This document shows positions 28,894 to 39,012 of a stretch of 64,000 nucleotides of DNA, piece by piece (position 1 is the stretch's first letter; every line of letters starts with the position of its first letter). Source of the DNA: Candidatus Yonathbacteria bacterium RIFCSPLOWO2_01_FULL_43_27. Its GTDB lineage: Bacteria; Patescibacteriota; Minisyncoccia; Phycocordibacterales; UBA1550. The notes below the pieces were generated by a model that searched no databases, was not told the origin of the DNA, and saw only the letters and a list, made by a program, of their open reading frames with translations. The stretch covers positions 27,437-91,436 of the forward strand of contig MHUV01000006.1 of the NCBI GenBank assembly GCA_001823545.1, read 5' to 3'. Position numbers and translations under genes: made by a program.

Positions 28894-29967
28894 TCAAAGT
28901 TTAACCCGTTTTAATATCTCTTCAGGTCTACTAAAAATGAGCTCATAAAATTTATCAACCCGCACATACTTCTCAAATATCTCGCGCGCCAGTTTCTGTT
29001 TCCTCAAAAATTCCTCGGGTGACATTTCGTTATAATATTTTCGAATTAACGCATCGGCACGATGCATGTCCCCTAGCGAAATAAATAGACAAAAATCATG
29101 GTAATTAATAATATCTTCAAGCGGAAATATCTCATCAGTATCAATCACAACAGGAATTCTTCCCAGTGAGAGCGCTTCGTAGAACCGCATCGAGGCATTC
29201 CCGTCACCGCGCACGGCGAGCGCAAGGTCGTTTTTCGTAATATTATCCAAAAATTCTTTTCGCACACATTCCACGTCGATACGGATTGTTTTCTTGTGCG
29301 ACGAAAAAAAATTTCTTACGATAAATGCACTTTTTATGTGCGGAGATGCACCAAGTATAGCGAGTATCTTTTTTCTAAAATAAATACCACCTTTACGTGC
29401 CCGAACTATCGGTTTCCCCTGAATGAGTGCAGCGAGTTCCCATAAAAGATTCTTTACAAAAGCCTTCACGACAGACCGCAGAGAGGGATACTGTGCAAAA
29501 CCACAGAAACCTACCGTAGGAGCCCCTGCATGTTTTTCGAGAAAAGAAACGGGCGTTTCAAGAGCTCCATCCGGAGCATAGAGCGGTACAATGATCTCAT
29601 TTTGTCTTTTTCTATGTCGGTACTGAGCATAACGAAAAATGACCGTATTTTTAAGTGCAATGTCCGAATCATCGTCTCCGTAGGCGAATAGCAAGAGGTG
29701 TTTCTTTTTTTGAAGAGAAAAATAGACCGCATCATCAAGATATGTCGGATTTCTTTTTTGTATGATGTTGTAAATATGAGGAATCAAAATAAAGTCCGCA
29801 TCATCCGGAGTGGAAACTATTTCAAAGAATGCGTTACGGTAAAAAGGTAAAATTCTTTTAATATTAAGCTGGTTCTCTATACCCTGATTCTCAATCCCCC
29901 AAATAGGATACAATTCTGGGATACAGGAAACTCCTTCTATTTTCTTGTAGATAAAAATTTTTGTCAT
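28894..29967 (-). CDS. Exostosin-like (GT47-like) glycosyltransferase
   Basis: LAVRGDGNASMRFYEALSLGRIPVVIDTD matches the exostosin C-terminal motif (GD..S.R..E.L..G.IPV). Confidence 0.5.
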   Translation of the reverse strand: MTKIFIYKKIEGVSCIPELYPIWGIENQGIENQLNIKRILPFYRNAFFEIVSTPDDADFILIPHIYNIIQKRNPTYLDDAVYFSLQKKKHLLLFAYGDDDSDIALKNTVIFRYAQYRHRKRQNEIIVPLYAPDGALETPVSFLEKHAGAPTVGFCGFAQYPSLRSVVKAFVKNLLWELAALIQGKPIVRARKGGIYFRKKILAILGASPHIKSAFIVRNFFSSHKKTIRIDVECVRKEFLDNITKNDLALAVRGDGNASMRFYEALSLGRIPVVIDTDEIFPLEDIINYHDFCLFISLGDMHRADALIRKYYNEMSPEEFLRKQKLAREIFEKYVRVDKFYELIFSRPEEILKRVKL

Positions 29968-30016
29968 TACTCGTGATATACAACTGACATACGCATAGTT
30001 ACTATGGATAAGATAC

Positions 30017-30661
30017 TCATGCTGTTTTTACTTTTATAATCAACTGAAATGCGAAAAGATTCGGGCGAAGAATCCCTATCTTGTGCGGAATTTTTGGATG
30101 AATAATATGGTTCTCTTTTTCGATTTTAAATCCTGTTAACGAAAGAAGTTTTTTCAAAGAATCATAGGTAAAAAAATGTATGTGTCCCTCGTCAAGAAAC
30201 CCTGTTTCCGTATATTCGAACTTCCCAAAAAACATCTTTATTCTATTCGTCCACATCAGAAAATTTGGCGTGGTGAGAATAAGCACTGAATCTTTCTTCA
30301 TGCGACTTTTCACATTGAGCAAAAATTTCTTTGATTCAAACAAATGTTCTATTACCTCCGAAACGATAATGGCATCATAATCACTATCAATAACGGAAAG
30401 ATCTCCTCCGTCTACATCAAGAACAAATGCCTTGTCCAAAACGTGAGCGGCTTTTTCAACCGCATTTCTAGAAATGTCCGTGCCAAAAACAATAGCCCCT
30501 TTTTCTTTGAGTGCTTTACCCATGGTGCCGTTTCCACATCCGATATCAAGAATCTTTTTCCCTTTTATATCATTCCCCAATATCTGAACGACGCGACGAA
30601 CCCGTTCCCCGCTTGGGCTATATTGTTCCTTGTTGTTATAGTAACCAGCTATTGAATTCAT
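30017..30661 (-). CDS. Class I SAM-dependent methyltransferase
   Basis: Motif I ILDIGCGNGTMG. Confidence 0.8.
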   Translation of the reverse strand: MNSIAGYYNNKEQYSPSGERVRRVVQILGNDIKGKKILDIGCGNGTMGKALKEKGAIVFGTDISRNAVEKAAHVLDKAFVLDVDGGDLSVIDSDYDAIIVSEVIEHLFESKKFLLNVKSRMKKDSVLILTTPNFLMWTNRIKMFFGKFEYTETGFLDEGHIHFFTYDSLKKLLSLTGFKIEKENHIIHPKIPHKIGILRPNLFAFQLIIKVKTA

Positions 30662-31740
30662 AGAGTTGAAATGAGGTGTTTAACCAGTATAGAGGGGGTA
30701 AGCTTTTTTGTAAACAATTGATATCCATGCAGAGCAATCTTATTCCTAAGCACCATATCCTGTTTTAGTAATAAAATTTTATTTGCAATATCGCGCGGAT
30801 CACCCGGGTTGCACAAAAGCATATTTTGTCCATCGAGAGCAAGCTCGTTAATCGCTTCGCTTTTCATTGTAATAAGCGCCCTTTGAGAAGCAAGTGCTTC
30901 AAAAACCTTGTTTGGGATCACGATCGCCGCTTTGCTCGTTGCTCCAAAAATTCCCAAACAAATATCCGCACGAACTATACTTGTTGCAAGTTCTTCATAC
31001 GACATCCGTGGAAACAGTCGAATATTCTTTCCTCCTCCAACCGCAGATATTTTTTCTTCAATACCTTTTCGTTCTTGCCCATCACCAATAATCTCAAAGA
31101 TAATATCTGGATCGTCCTCAAGAAGTTTTGCGGCATCGATGATATATTCGATACCGTGAAGAGGTATGAATGTTCCATGGAAATGAACAATGAAATGACC
31201 GTGATTGTCTTTTTGTTCGCGCGGATAAAAAACAGTGTCATCCGTTCCGACAAACACTCGACGAAATTTTTGAACAGAAATATTAAACTTTTTCGCAACG
31301 TAACCGATCTGAGCGTTCGTGTCAAAAAAAATAATTGATGCGATCTTCATGCTATACCAATCAAGAAACTGATCCCGCAGACTGTGTAACGAAAAAGCGC
31401 GGTATCGTTTTCTGTCTTCCACGTTTGAATTATAGAGCGAAACAAATGCATCGAAAATAATATGCGAATCAAAAAGGATTCGCGCAAGCCACACGACCGT
31501 ATGTCCAGGAAACGCGACAATAACAACATCAATTTTATTCTTTCGAACGCTCAAATATTCGCGAACAAGGAGAAAAAATTTTAATATCCCTTTGTGTTTT
31601 TTTGGATCTACGCGACAATGAAAGACTTTGTACCCGTTCTCTTCAAAACCACGAACAAGTACTCGGTTGCGAGAGTACGAGGGATCATAGATACCAAAGA
31701 AACATACACTTGGCACGTTATTATTGTCTTGTTGTTTCAT
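30658..31740 (-). CDS. Glycosyltransferase family 4
   Basis: GT-B fold with C-terminal E...G.PVI-type motif. The start is set at an internal Met (MKQQDNN) to minimise overlap. The track ORF extends to 31818. Confidence 0.65.
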   Translation of the reverse strand: MKQQDNNNVPSVCFFGIYDPSYSRNRVLVRGFEENGYKVFHCRVDPKKHKGILKFFLLVREYLSVRKNKIDVVIVAFPGHTVVWLARILFDSHIIFDAFVSLYNSNVEDRKRYRAFSLHSLRDQFLDWYSMKIASIIFFDTNAQIGYVAKKFNISVQKFRRVFVGTDDTVFYPREQKDNHGHFIVHFHGTFIPLHGIEYIIDAAKLLEDDPDIIFEIIGDGQERKGIEEKISAVGGGKNIRLFPRMSYEELATSIVRADICLGIFGATSKAAIVIPNKVFEALASQRALITMKSEAINELALDGQNMLLCNPGDPRDIANKILLLKQDMVLRNKIALHGYQLFTKKLTPSILVKHLISTL

Positions 31741-32644
31741 AGAATGAAAATATGCGCGGAATGAGCGAGGAAAGCCCATGGTGCTCACGAACATAAGATG
31801 GGGAAAGAGGCAAACCAACGAGTGCGGGATCTGTCGTGTCTACCGGACAACCACATGCAGCCGCCTCCAAAACCACCTTATCGAGCGAGCCGGTTTCTGA
31901 GCGATGAATAAATCGAGCAGCGCGACGATATTCATCGCGAAGTTGCACATGACTGAGTGCGCCAAGAAATACAACATTGACTCCGACCCTTCGAGCAAGA
32001 GATTCGAGGTTCTCGCGTTCATCTCCCTCACCAGCAATATGAAGGAGGATTCCTTCACGTGCTGCAATTTCGATCACGAGATCGTGTCGCTTGATTGGAG
32101 AAAGTCTCCCCACAGAAAGAAGGAACGATTCACGCTTGATGTTATCATTAGGAGAGAAAAAATCAGTATCTATTCCATGCCCCACGATATGTACCTTCTT
32201 ACTTTGATGACGAAAACTTTCCTTTGAAGCAGTGAGTATTGTATGTGTCAGCAGTGATGCAGCTCGTAGTTTTAGGTCAACACTTTTGTGGGTATACCAC
32301 AGTGCAACTCGCTTTCCCCATAATCGCCAGCAAATGCCTCCAAAGACGACATACTCCGGATTCATATGCACAAATACGGTATCGTAGTTTTTGCGCTCGC
32401 GCCAAATAAAGCGGTAGAAATTAAAAATGTAGCCGAGGCGAGAAACACCACGTTCTTTACCAAGCGAAAAAACACGTACATTTTTGGGTAATTGATATTC
32501 CCCCACCCCAAGCGCAATGACCGTCACGTATTCAGCGTGTTTAGCAAACTCTTCTGTCCATCGATGAAAAAAACCAAGAACAGGATCTTTGTTATCGACT
32601 TTTTGGGTAATGATAAGAATTTTAATTCTTTTTTCTTTCTGCAT
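31721..32644 (-). CDS. Glycosyltransferase family 4
   Basis: SVGRLSPIKRHDLVIE...GEGDERENL...EAAACGCPV. The start is set at an internal Met. The track ORF extends to 32728. Confidence 0.75.
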   Translation of the reverse strand: MQKEKRIKILIITQKVDNKDPVLGFFHRWTEEFAKHAEYVTVIALGVGEYQLPKNVRVFSLGKERGVSRLGYIFNFYRFIWRERKNYDTVFVHMNPEYVVFGGICWRLWGKRVALWYTHKSVDLKLRAASLLTHTILTASKESFRHQSKKVHIVGHGIDTDFFSPNDNIKRESFLLSVGRLSPIKRHDLVIEIAAREGILLHIAGEGDERENLESLARRVGVNVVFLGALSHVQLRDEYRRAARFIHRSETGSLDKVVLEAAACGCPVDTTDPALVGLPLSPSYVREHHGLSSLIPRIFSFYETTRQ

Positions 32645-32660
32645 ATAATTGAAGGCTTGC

Positions 32661-33548
32661 TTACGTTCTTCGTGCGATGACAACCATATTATCACGTAAG
32701 TTAATAGGGATTGCAAAACTACCCACACGCGGATATTTTTTTAAGAATGTAACTATTTTACGCAAAAAACCAAAATTACGTAACCCCGAAGCAATGAGCA
32801 GCGTGTATTCAAGGGTAAACGTCTTCCCAATTTTTGTAATCTTTTCTATCTGAAAATCATTGTTTTCCAGAAAAATTTTGATACTCTTCTGGGTAAAATA
32901 ATGGAGGTGCTCGGGAGGCAACAAGAGAGGCCATCTTTTGCCCGTACTCCGAGCATACCAACTTCCGCTATCGGGCGTACTAATCGCCAAAATACCATCC
33001 GACATTAACAGCTTCGAACAAAGATGAATTTCTCTATGTGGATCTTGAAAATGCTCCAACACATCCCACAGCGTGATCACACGGAAAGAGCCCTCTTCTA
33101 ACGTATTACCACTACCCAATGTTCCACACACGACATCAAGACCTTTTTTCTGAGCAATCTCAGTAGCATATTCTGAGATTTCAACACCGCATGCTTTCCA
33201 TCCGATCTTTTTTGCAATCTCTACAAAAAAACCCGTAGCTGCCCCAACATCAAGCAATCTTCCCTTTCCCGAACAAAGAGACTCTATTACTTTCATGTAC
33301 CTCACAAACACCGGTCGCATCGGCTCTTTATCCCTGTCATAATCAATATACCCTGACGCCGTTTTTGCCCCAGAAAAATAATCTTCATCGTAGGAAAACG
33401 ATGAATCATGTTTTAAAAAAGGAGAGGGAGATATGTGCCCGCAAGCACCACATCGATACAAATCAAAACCATTTTTCCTTACAAAAAAATAGCCTTGTGC
33501 TTTTTTACACACAACACACGTTGTTATTTTTTCATGATCATTTTCCAT
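32661..33548 (-). CDS. Class I SAM-dependent methyltransferase with N-terminal Zn-ribbon
   Basis: CVVCKK...CGACGH, then LLDVGAATGFF. Confidence 0.8.
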   Translation of the reverse strand: MENDHEKITTCVVCKKAQGYFFVRKNGFDLYRCGACGHISPSPFLKHDSSFSYDEDYFSGAKTASGYIDYDRDKEPMRPVFVRYMKVIESLCSGKGRLLDVGAATGFFVEIAKKIGWKACGVEISEYATEIAQKKGLDVVCGTLGSGNTLEEGSFRVITLWDVLEHFQDPHREIHLCSKLLMSDGILAISTPDSGSWYARSTGKRWPLLLPPEHLHYFTQKSIKIFLENNDFQIEKITKIGKTFTLEYTLLIASGLRNFGFLRKIVTFLKKYPRVGSFAIPINLRDNMVVIARRT

Positions 33549-34258
33549 GGCGCCAAAATTCCTTCTTTAATAATATGGTTTGAAATCTTTGATTCTCCCC
33601 CTGTTCGATTTTTAAAAATAATCGGAACCTCTACAAATCGAGCCCCCTCATTAAAGAGGAGATACTTCAATTCAAAAATAAAAGCATACCCCGAAGCATC
33701 GAAACTTGAGGGATCTATTTTGCGAAGAATATCTGTACGAATAAGATTGAAACCGCCTGTACAGTCGTTAATCGATATTCTTGTGATTATTCTACAATAC
33801 AGATTACCCCCAAAACTCAATACACGTCGCCATAATTCCCACCCTTCAACAGTACCCTGAGGAACATATCGTGAACCAACAACAACATCGTAATCATCTT
33901 TTTTACTCAAGATCTCTTTCAGATATCTAGGGTGGTGTGAGAAATCAGCATCCATCATTATAAGAGAATCAACTTCCTTATCTTCCAACACTTTTCCGAA
34001 CGCATCAAGGTATGCCTTCCCGAGCCCTTCTTTTCCTCTTCGGTGAAGGAGTGAAAGTCGAGGAAACATCTTCTTTAGGGATTCGACAATATCACCGGTC
34101 CCGTCAGGGGAATTATCATCCACCACCATCACGTACACCGACGTAGGGACTGTATCGAAAATTTCCGTTACCAACTGCGAGATATTCTCTCTCTCGTTGT
34201 ACGTTGGAATAATGATCACGCTTTTCATAATAAGTGTATAGTATATCAATAGTATCAA
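33524..34258 (-). CDS. GT2 polyprenol-phosphate glycosyltransferase (dolichol-phosphate mannosyltransferase / GtrB-like)
   Basis: VIIIPTYNEREN...VVDDNSPDGT...MDADFSHHP. Confidence 0.85.
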   Translation of the reverse strand: MILLIYYTLIMKSVIIIPTYNERENISQLVTEIFDTVPTSVYVMVVDDNSPDGTGDIVESLKKMFPRLSLLHRRGKEGLGKAYLDAFGKVLEDKEVDSLIMMDADFSHHPRYLKEILSKKDDYDVVVGSRYVPQGTVEGWELWRRVLSFGGNLYCRIITRISINDCTGGFNLIRTDILRKIDPSSFDASGYAFIFELKYLLFNEGARFVEVPIIFKNRTGGESKISNHIIKEGILAPWKMIMKK

Positions 34259-34274
34259 CTATTACCAAAACCCA

Positions 34275-35735
34275 TTACTGAGCCTTCTCAAGTATTGTAT
34301 ATCGGTCAACAACTTCCTTTTCCTCATATTTTTTAAAGAGCATATTCTTTGGGTCATATTCTTCACTATTAATGACAATTTGATCGGGAACTCCTTCTTC
34401 GATACTCTTTAACTGATCTTCCCCTATCAAGATAGTACTCGTCACTTTCATATATTGAAAATATTTCGACACAGGCAAAAATAGAGCAATCTCCGGAGCT
34501 TGGTAGATGAAAAATGTCTGCTCAGGGGATTGTTCCTTGAAATATGTCTGCACCTCGTGTGTGCGCGTGCCCTGGTAATACGATGCCACCCATGAATGAA
34601 ACCCTGTCTGATAAAACTGAAAGAATATAAGAAATGTAATAATAGGGTATACCGCACGTTTTATGATTCTCCAATTCAATAAAACGGAAAGTGTTAAAGG
34701 AAAATACATCAGTGCCATTACTTGCCCGAGAAAGAAATATCGATAGTAACCGATGGTTCTTACATATGCAAGAATAACGAGCGCTGTAAACAAAAAAGTG
34801 ATTGTCTCGACATATGAAATGTGGGACTTTTTTTGTAAACGTATAACAAATGAGGTTAACCAAGCTACAAACAATACCATGAAGTATATCGGCTGTGATT
34901 CCGTTACAAAACGTTTAAGGTTGCCGAATACCGAATTCAAAGAAAGTGTACTATGAGGGTCCATATAAATAGAGAGTATGTTTGCGAAGGAGTCACCTGA
35001 AAATTGTATCCAGAGCCACGCAAGTACGGGTACAAAAAATGAAGCAACAGCAAGCACCCAAAGTTTTGGACTATTTAACAATATTTGTCGGTAAAAATAG
35101 AGTGGTACAACGAGTGCAGGAATCACCAATATAAAAATTGGCTTTGTCACCACACACAACCCAAAAAACAACCCCGTGAGAACAAAAAGTGTAATTGTAC
35201 GAACCCCGCGTTCAATCATCCCTACCCCCAAAAGCCCAGCAAACAAAAAAACTAATCCGGGAATCTCTCCGAGTACATTTTTCCCATTTCCATAAATAGG
35301 GGCAAAGCTTGCCAGCAGTAACAACGAGAGTATTGCGAGAGTTTTTTGCATTTGCTGCTTACTTAAGAAATATGCAACTAAGAAAAAAGCAAACAAGAAT
35401 AGCACCATTACTGCGCGTGCCTGAAGGAGTCCTACCCCAAAGAAATTAAAGAATAAAGCAATGGGATACGTGACCACGTAACTCGTAGTTACAAAACCTG
35501 CAGAGACAAACTCTCCAGGAGCGACCTGAATGCCATTTACTCCTTGTGTTGCTACGTTCTCTGCAACTTGGGTAATAATTCCTTCATCCATCCAAATAGG
35601 AGGACTCTCAGATATTTTATACGTAGAAAGAAACAGCACAACGACTGCCGTGAACAATAATAAGCCACAAAAAATATATTTCTGCGCAAGAATACTTCTT
35701 CTACGAATTTCTTGTATGATCACGGATACATTCAT
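34275..35735 (-). CDS. GT-C fold polytopic membrane glycosyltransferase (ArnT/PMT-like, GT39/83-like)
   Basis: About 12 TM helices, and a first-loop WMDEG acidic motif. Confidence 0.55.
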   Translation of the reverse strand: MNVSVIIQEIRRRSILAQKYIFCGLLLFTAVVVLFLSTYKISESPPIWMDEGIITQVAENVATQGVNGIQVAPGEFVSAGFVTTSYVVTYPIALFFNFFGVGLLQARAVMVLFLFAFFLVAYFLSKQQMQKTLAILSLLLLASFAPIYGNGKNVLGEIPGLVFLFAGLLGVGMIERGVRTITLFVLTGLFFGLCVVTKPIFILVIPALVVPLYFYRQILLNSPKLWVLAVASFFVPVLAWLWIQFSGDSFANILSIYMDPHSTLSLNSVFGNLKRFVTESQPIYFMVLFVAWLTSFVIRLQKKSHISYVETITFLFTALVILAYVRTIGYYRYFFLGQVMALMYFPLTLSVLLNWRIIKRAVYPIITFLIFFQFYQTGFHSWVASYYQGTRTHEVQTYFKEQSPEQTFFIYQAPEIALFLPVSKYFQYMKVTSTILIGEDQLKSIEEGVPDQIVINSEEYDPKNMLFKKYEEKEVVDRYTILEKAQ

Positions 35736-36133
35736 ATAGTGATTTCTTGTCGCGCAAAGATAACGTATTTATACAAAACAAAACTGAGACAAGCAATCAT
35801 CCCGCCAACCAATATTTGTGCGACTAAATAATGAATGTGAATTTTTTCCACGGAAACATACACCAAATACGTATTTAAAAAGAAATTTCCCAATGAAACG
35901 GCAAAATAAAATATTGATTGTTGATGAATATTTTGTATTGAATGATCTCTGAATGTCCAAAATTTTTGAAGAGTAAAACTTGCGATAAATGCAGTAATGA
36001 AAGCAAGAGCCACCGACGTCAGATAATGAAAACCCACATAAGCAGTTAATATATACAACACCCCTAAATCAATAATCGCCGCAATTCCCCCTGCAATAAT
36101 AAACTTAAAAACTATGCTGTGCGCAGAAAACAT
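35732..36133 (-). CDS. GtrA-family flippase-like small membrane protein
   Basis: Four TM helices; FIIAGGIAAIIDLGVLYIL is GtrA-like. The start is set at the internal Met. Confidence 0.7.
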   Translation of the reverse strand: MFSAHSIVFKFIIAGGIAAIIDLGVLYILTAYVGFHYLTSVALAFITAFIASFTLQKFWTFRDHSIQNIHQQSIFYFAVSLGNFFLNTYLVYVSVEKIHIHYLVAQILVGGMIACLSFVLYKYVIFARQEITI

Positions 36134-36149
36134 TTTTTCCAGCCATTCT

Positions 36150-37865
36150 TTATACAAAAAGATCTGTATTTTCCTCTGAGTAACCATCTTCATGTAGATA
36201 TTTTACCATATACGTCCCTTCAAGAGAATATCCGCGTTTTTTGTAATACTCGCGCACGCCGATACCGGAAATAATAGCAACTTTTCTGAAGCCTGCCTCG
36301 CGCGCAATACGCTCTGCCTCAAGAAGAAGCTGTTTTCCAAAACTCAAATGCTGACTTTGCGAACCTTTTTCACCAATAACTGCCATATGCCCGTAGGTAT
36401 GGAGCTCACGCACGAGCGCTGCGCCACAGAGTACGGCAAGCGGACCGTCGGCAAATTCCTCTCCTTTGTTGTCAGGTAAACGAAGACGCAAAAATGAAGC
36501 AAGCTTCCCTTCATTTTGTTCCTCAAACGAAAGAAATACTTCCTTCCCTGTCATCGTGCGGTATTCAGTGTGGGTGAGGGGGAAGTTTTCCGGCACAACA
36601 ATAGCATCGCGCACCTCACGACAACGAATACATTTACAACGCCATCCATTTTTTTCCATATCAAGGAGGAGCCACTGTCGAAGATTAGACACCTTGCTCC
36701 CCGCTTCAATATGCGTTGCGGGAATATCGCGGATCACGCGAATAATACGTACATATTTGGGGATCTGTTTTTTTGCTTCGACCAGAACGTGCATTATTTC
36801 CTCGTTCGTATATGGCGTGAATTTCCCTTCTTGCCACTCAGAAAAAAGCTCGCTCCCAGGGAGCACCATACAAGGGTAAATCTTCAACATATCAGGATGA
36901 AATTTTTCTCCCGAAAAAAGCTCGCCAAACATTTCAATATCGCGCAAAGGGGTTGAACCAGAAAGGTTAGGCATCATATGGTACACGACCTTGAATCCTG
37001 CATTACGCAAGCGCTCGGTTGCTGTCACCACTGTTGCGATCTTCATATCGCGTTTGGTACGTTTCAAAACATCGTCATCAAGGTGCTGAACACCGAGTTC
37101 CACTTTTGTAACACCAAGCATACGCAAACGCTCAAGCTCTACCGTCGTAATATAGTCGGGGCGCGTCTCTATCGAGAGCCCGATGATGCGCGATCCCGCA
37201 GTCTCATTGTCTGTCTGTAACTCGCTGAGAGATTTTATTCCTTTTGGCGTCTGCCTGTCTTCTGCTACGCCAAAATTATTGCACGCGCGAAATGCTTCCG
37301 CGAGAAATTCTTCTTGATATTTTGGATGATAAAAACTCCACGTACCACCAATAACAATCATCTCCACTTTTTCCGTAAGGTGTCCATTCATCTGGAGCGC
37401 CTTGAGGCGATTAATTACTTGATCATACGGGTCAAAGTTATTGGCAAGCGCACGTGCCGCCGCAGGCTCTTCTGAAAGATAGCTTTTCGGCATTCGTTCC
37501 TCTGTGGGGCAATAAGTACAGCGCCCCGGACACGGAAATGACTTAGTAAGGAGCGACACGACCGCCACACCAGAATTACTGCGCGTCTTGAGTTTTTTCA
37601 TAATACGCTCTGCCTCAAGATTTTGCACCTCCTCACCGGTTGCAATAAGGGCACGATAAAAAGCCAACATTTCTGCATTAGTTGGCATTTTATCCCTCAG
37701 GTCACCCACTCGAGGCCCAAAACGGCTCTCGGGAATTATCTTGCTCGCGGGGTCGTGATTTGCTCTACAAACCTCTAAAAAACGCTCATAGAGCACGGGG
37801 TCCACCAGCACCATTCGCTTGAGTTCGCGAAGGTCTTTTTCAGTTTTTACGTTATTGAAAAGCAT
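36150..37865 (-). CDS. Elp3-family radical SAM / GNAT acetyltransferase (tRNA U34 modification-type enzyme)
   Basis: Radical-SAM cluster motif FPCPGRCTYCP, then a C-terminal GNAT (AIISGIGVREYYKKRGY). Length 571 aa matches Elp3. Confidence 0.75.
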   Translation of the reverse strand: MLFNNVKTEKDLRELKRMVLVDPVLYERFLEVCRANHDPASKIIPESRFGPRVGDLRDKMPTNAEMLAFYRALIATGEEVQNLEAERIMKKLKTRSNSGVAVVSLLTKSFPCPGRCTYCPTEERMPKSYLSEEPAAARALANNFDPYDQVINRLKALQMNGHLTEKVEMIVIGGTWSFYHPKYQEEFLAEAFRACNNFGVAEDRQTPKGIKSLSELQTDNETAGSRIIGLSIETRPDYITTVELERLRMLGVTKVELGVQHLDDDVLKRTKRDMKIATVVTATERLRNAGFKVVYHMMPNLSGSTPLRDIEMFGELFSGEKFHPDMLKIYPCMVLPGSELFSEWQEGKFTPYTNEEIMHVLVEAKKQIPKYVRIIRVIRDIPATHIEAGSKVSNLRQWLLLDMEKNGWRCKCIRCREVRDAIVVPENFPLTHTEYRTMTGKEVFLSFEEQNEGKLASFLRLRLPDNKGEEFADGPLAVLCGAALVRELHTYGHMAVIGEKGSQSQHLSFGKQLLLEAERIAREAGFRKVAIISGIGVREYYKKRGYSLEGTYMVKYLHEDGYSEENTDLFV

Positions 37866-37873
37866 TAGATATT

Positions 37874-39004
37874 CTAATTATCTAACGCATCCTGCCACGA
37901 TTTCAGGTAACGTGCAAGATATTCATCTTTTGTAAGGAGACTTGGCAATCGCGCCTCGAGGTGTACCCCGCTAGATATGTAATGACTTACTATACGCACC
38001 AACGCACCATGGTTCCCTACGGGTGCAATAAGTCCATTTTCATTGTGGCGCACAATTTCACCCGCACACCCCACATCGGTCATCACGACAGGACATCCTG
38101 CCGAAAGTGCTTCAGCAACTGCCATACCGTACCCCTCATAGTTCGACGTGAGGAAGAAAAGATCTGCTGTTTTGTAATACGAAAAAAGATCTCTCTGCCA
38201 ATCTTCAAACATAATATGATCCTGTAAATTATAGTTTCTTGTTTTTGACATCAACGACTCTTTCTCACTTCCCTCACCCACGATAATAAGCCCTGTCTTT
38301 GGATATTTAATAACGATCTCCGCCATCACTTCTATAGCCAGATTGATATTTTTTTCAGGCGATAAGCGTGACGCCATCAAAATATGTTTTTCAAATTGTG
38401 GATATTTTTTCTTGAGATCGTGCGCGGAAGAAACCTCGGCAGTTATATCGGTAGGCACAAAAATAGGAAGCACTTCAATTGACGGCATATGACGCGCGCG
38501 TTGAATACTCGACAATGAATTTTTAATTCTCAGAGAGACCACACGGATAGCGTCGGCGCGTGGAAGCAGAAATTTAGCAAGCATTACACGCGCATAGTTT
38601 GCAAATGATTCCTTTGCAAAATACGGACTCATAAAATCTGTGTGAATTTGGAGATGTAGTTTTGCGCCCAGTATCCACGCAATGAGGTATGCCGTGAGTC
38701 CGAGTTCAAAAGGATCCTGTGCAGTAACCACATCTATGCGCACACCACGCTTCTTGAGCGCACGCGCTTTCATTATTGCACGCGGAATATACCCAAGCCG
38801 TGTTTTAGTATTGGTTGGATAGAGAAAAATATTTGGATGAATGACTTCGTCCTCAAACCCAGATGACTCTTTTGTAAAAACGATGACGTGCAACCGTTTT
38901 ACCAGTTGCCCATACTCAAGCAGGCGCGCCCGCACGGCGCTCCCTGGTTCAAACATTTTCCGATCTGAGGAAATTGAAAGGATGTTCATATAGAGAACTG
39001 CCAT
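37874..39004 (-). CDS. Glycosyltransferase family 4
   Basis: ASRLSPEKNINLAIE...GEGSEKESL...GYGMAVAEALSAGCPVV. Confidence 0.85.
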   Translation of the reverse strand: MAVLYMNILSISSDRKMFEPGSAVRARLLEYGQLVKRLHVIVFTKESSGFEDEVIHPNIFLYPTNTKTRLGYIPRAIMKARALKKRGVRIDVVTAQDPFELGLTAYLIAWILGAKLHLQIHTDFMSPYFAKESFANYARVMLAKFLLPRADAIRVVSLRIKNSLSSIQRARHMPSIEVLPIFVPTDITAEVSSAHDLKKKYPQFEKHILMASRLSPEKNINLAIEVMAEIVIKYPKTGLIIVGEGSEKESLMSKTRNYNLQDHIMFEDWQRDLFSYYKTADLFFLTSNYEGYGMAVAEALSAGCPVVMTDVGCAGEIVRHNENGLIAPVGNHGALVRIVSHYISSGVHLEARLPSLLTKDEYLARYLKSWQDALDN

Positions 39005-39012
39005 ACAATATA

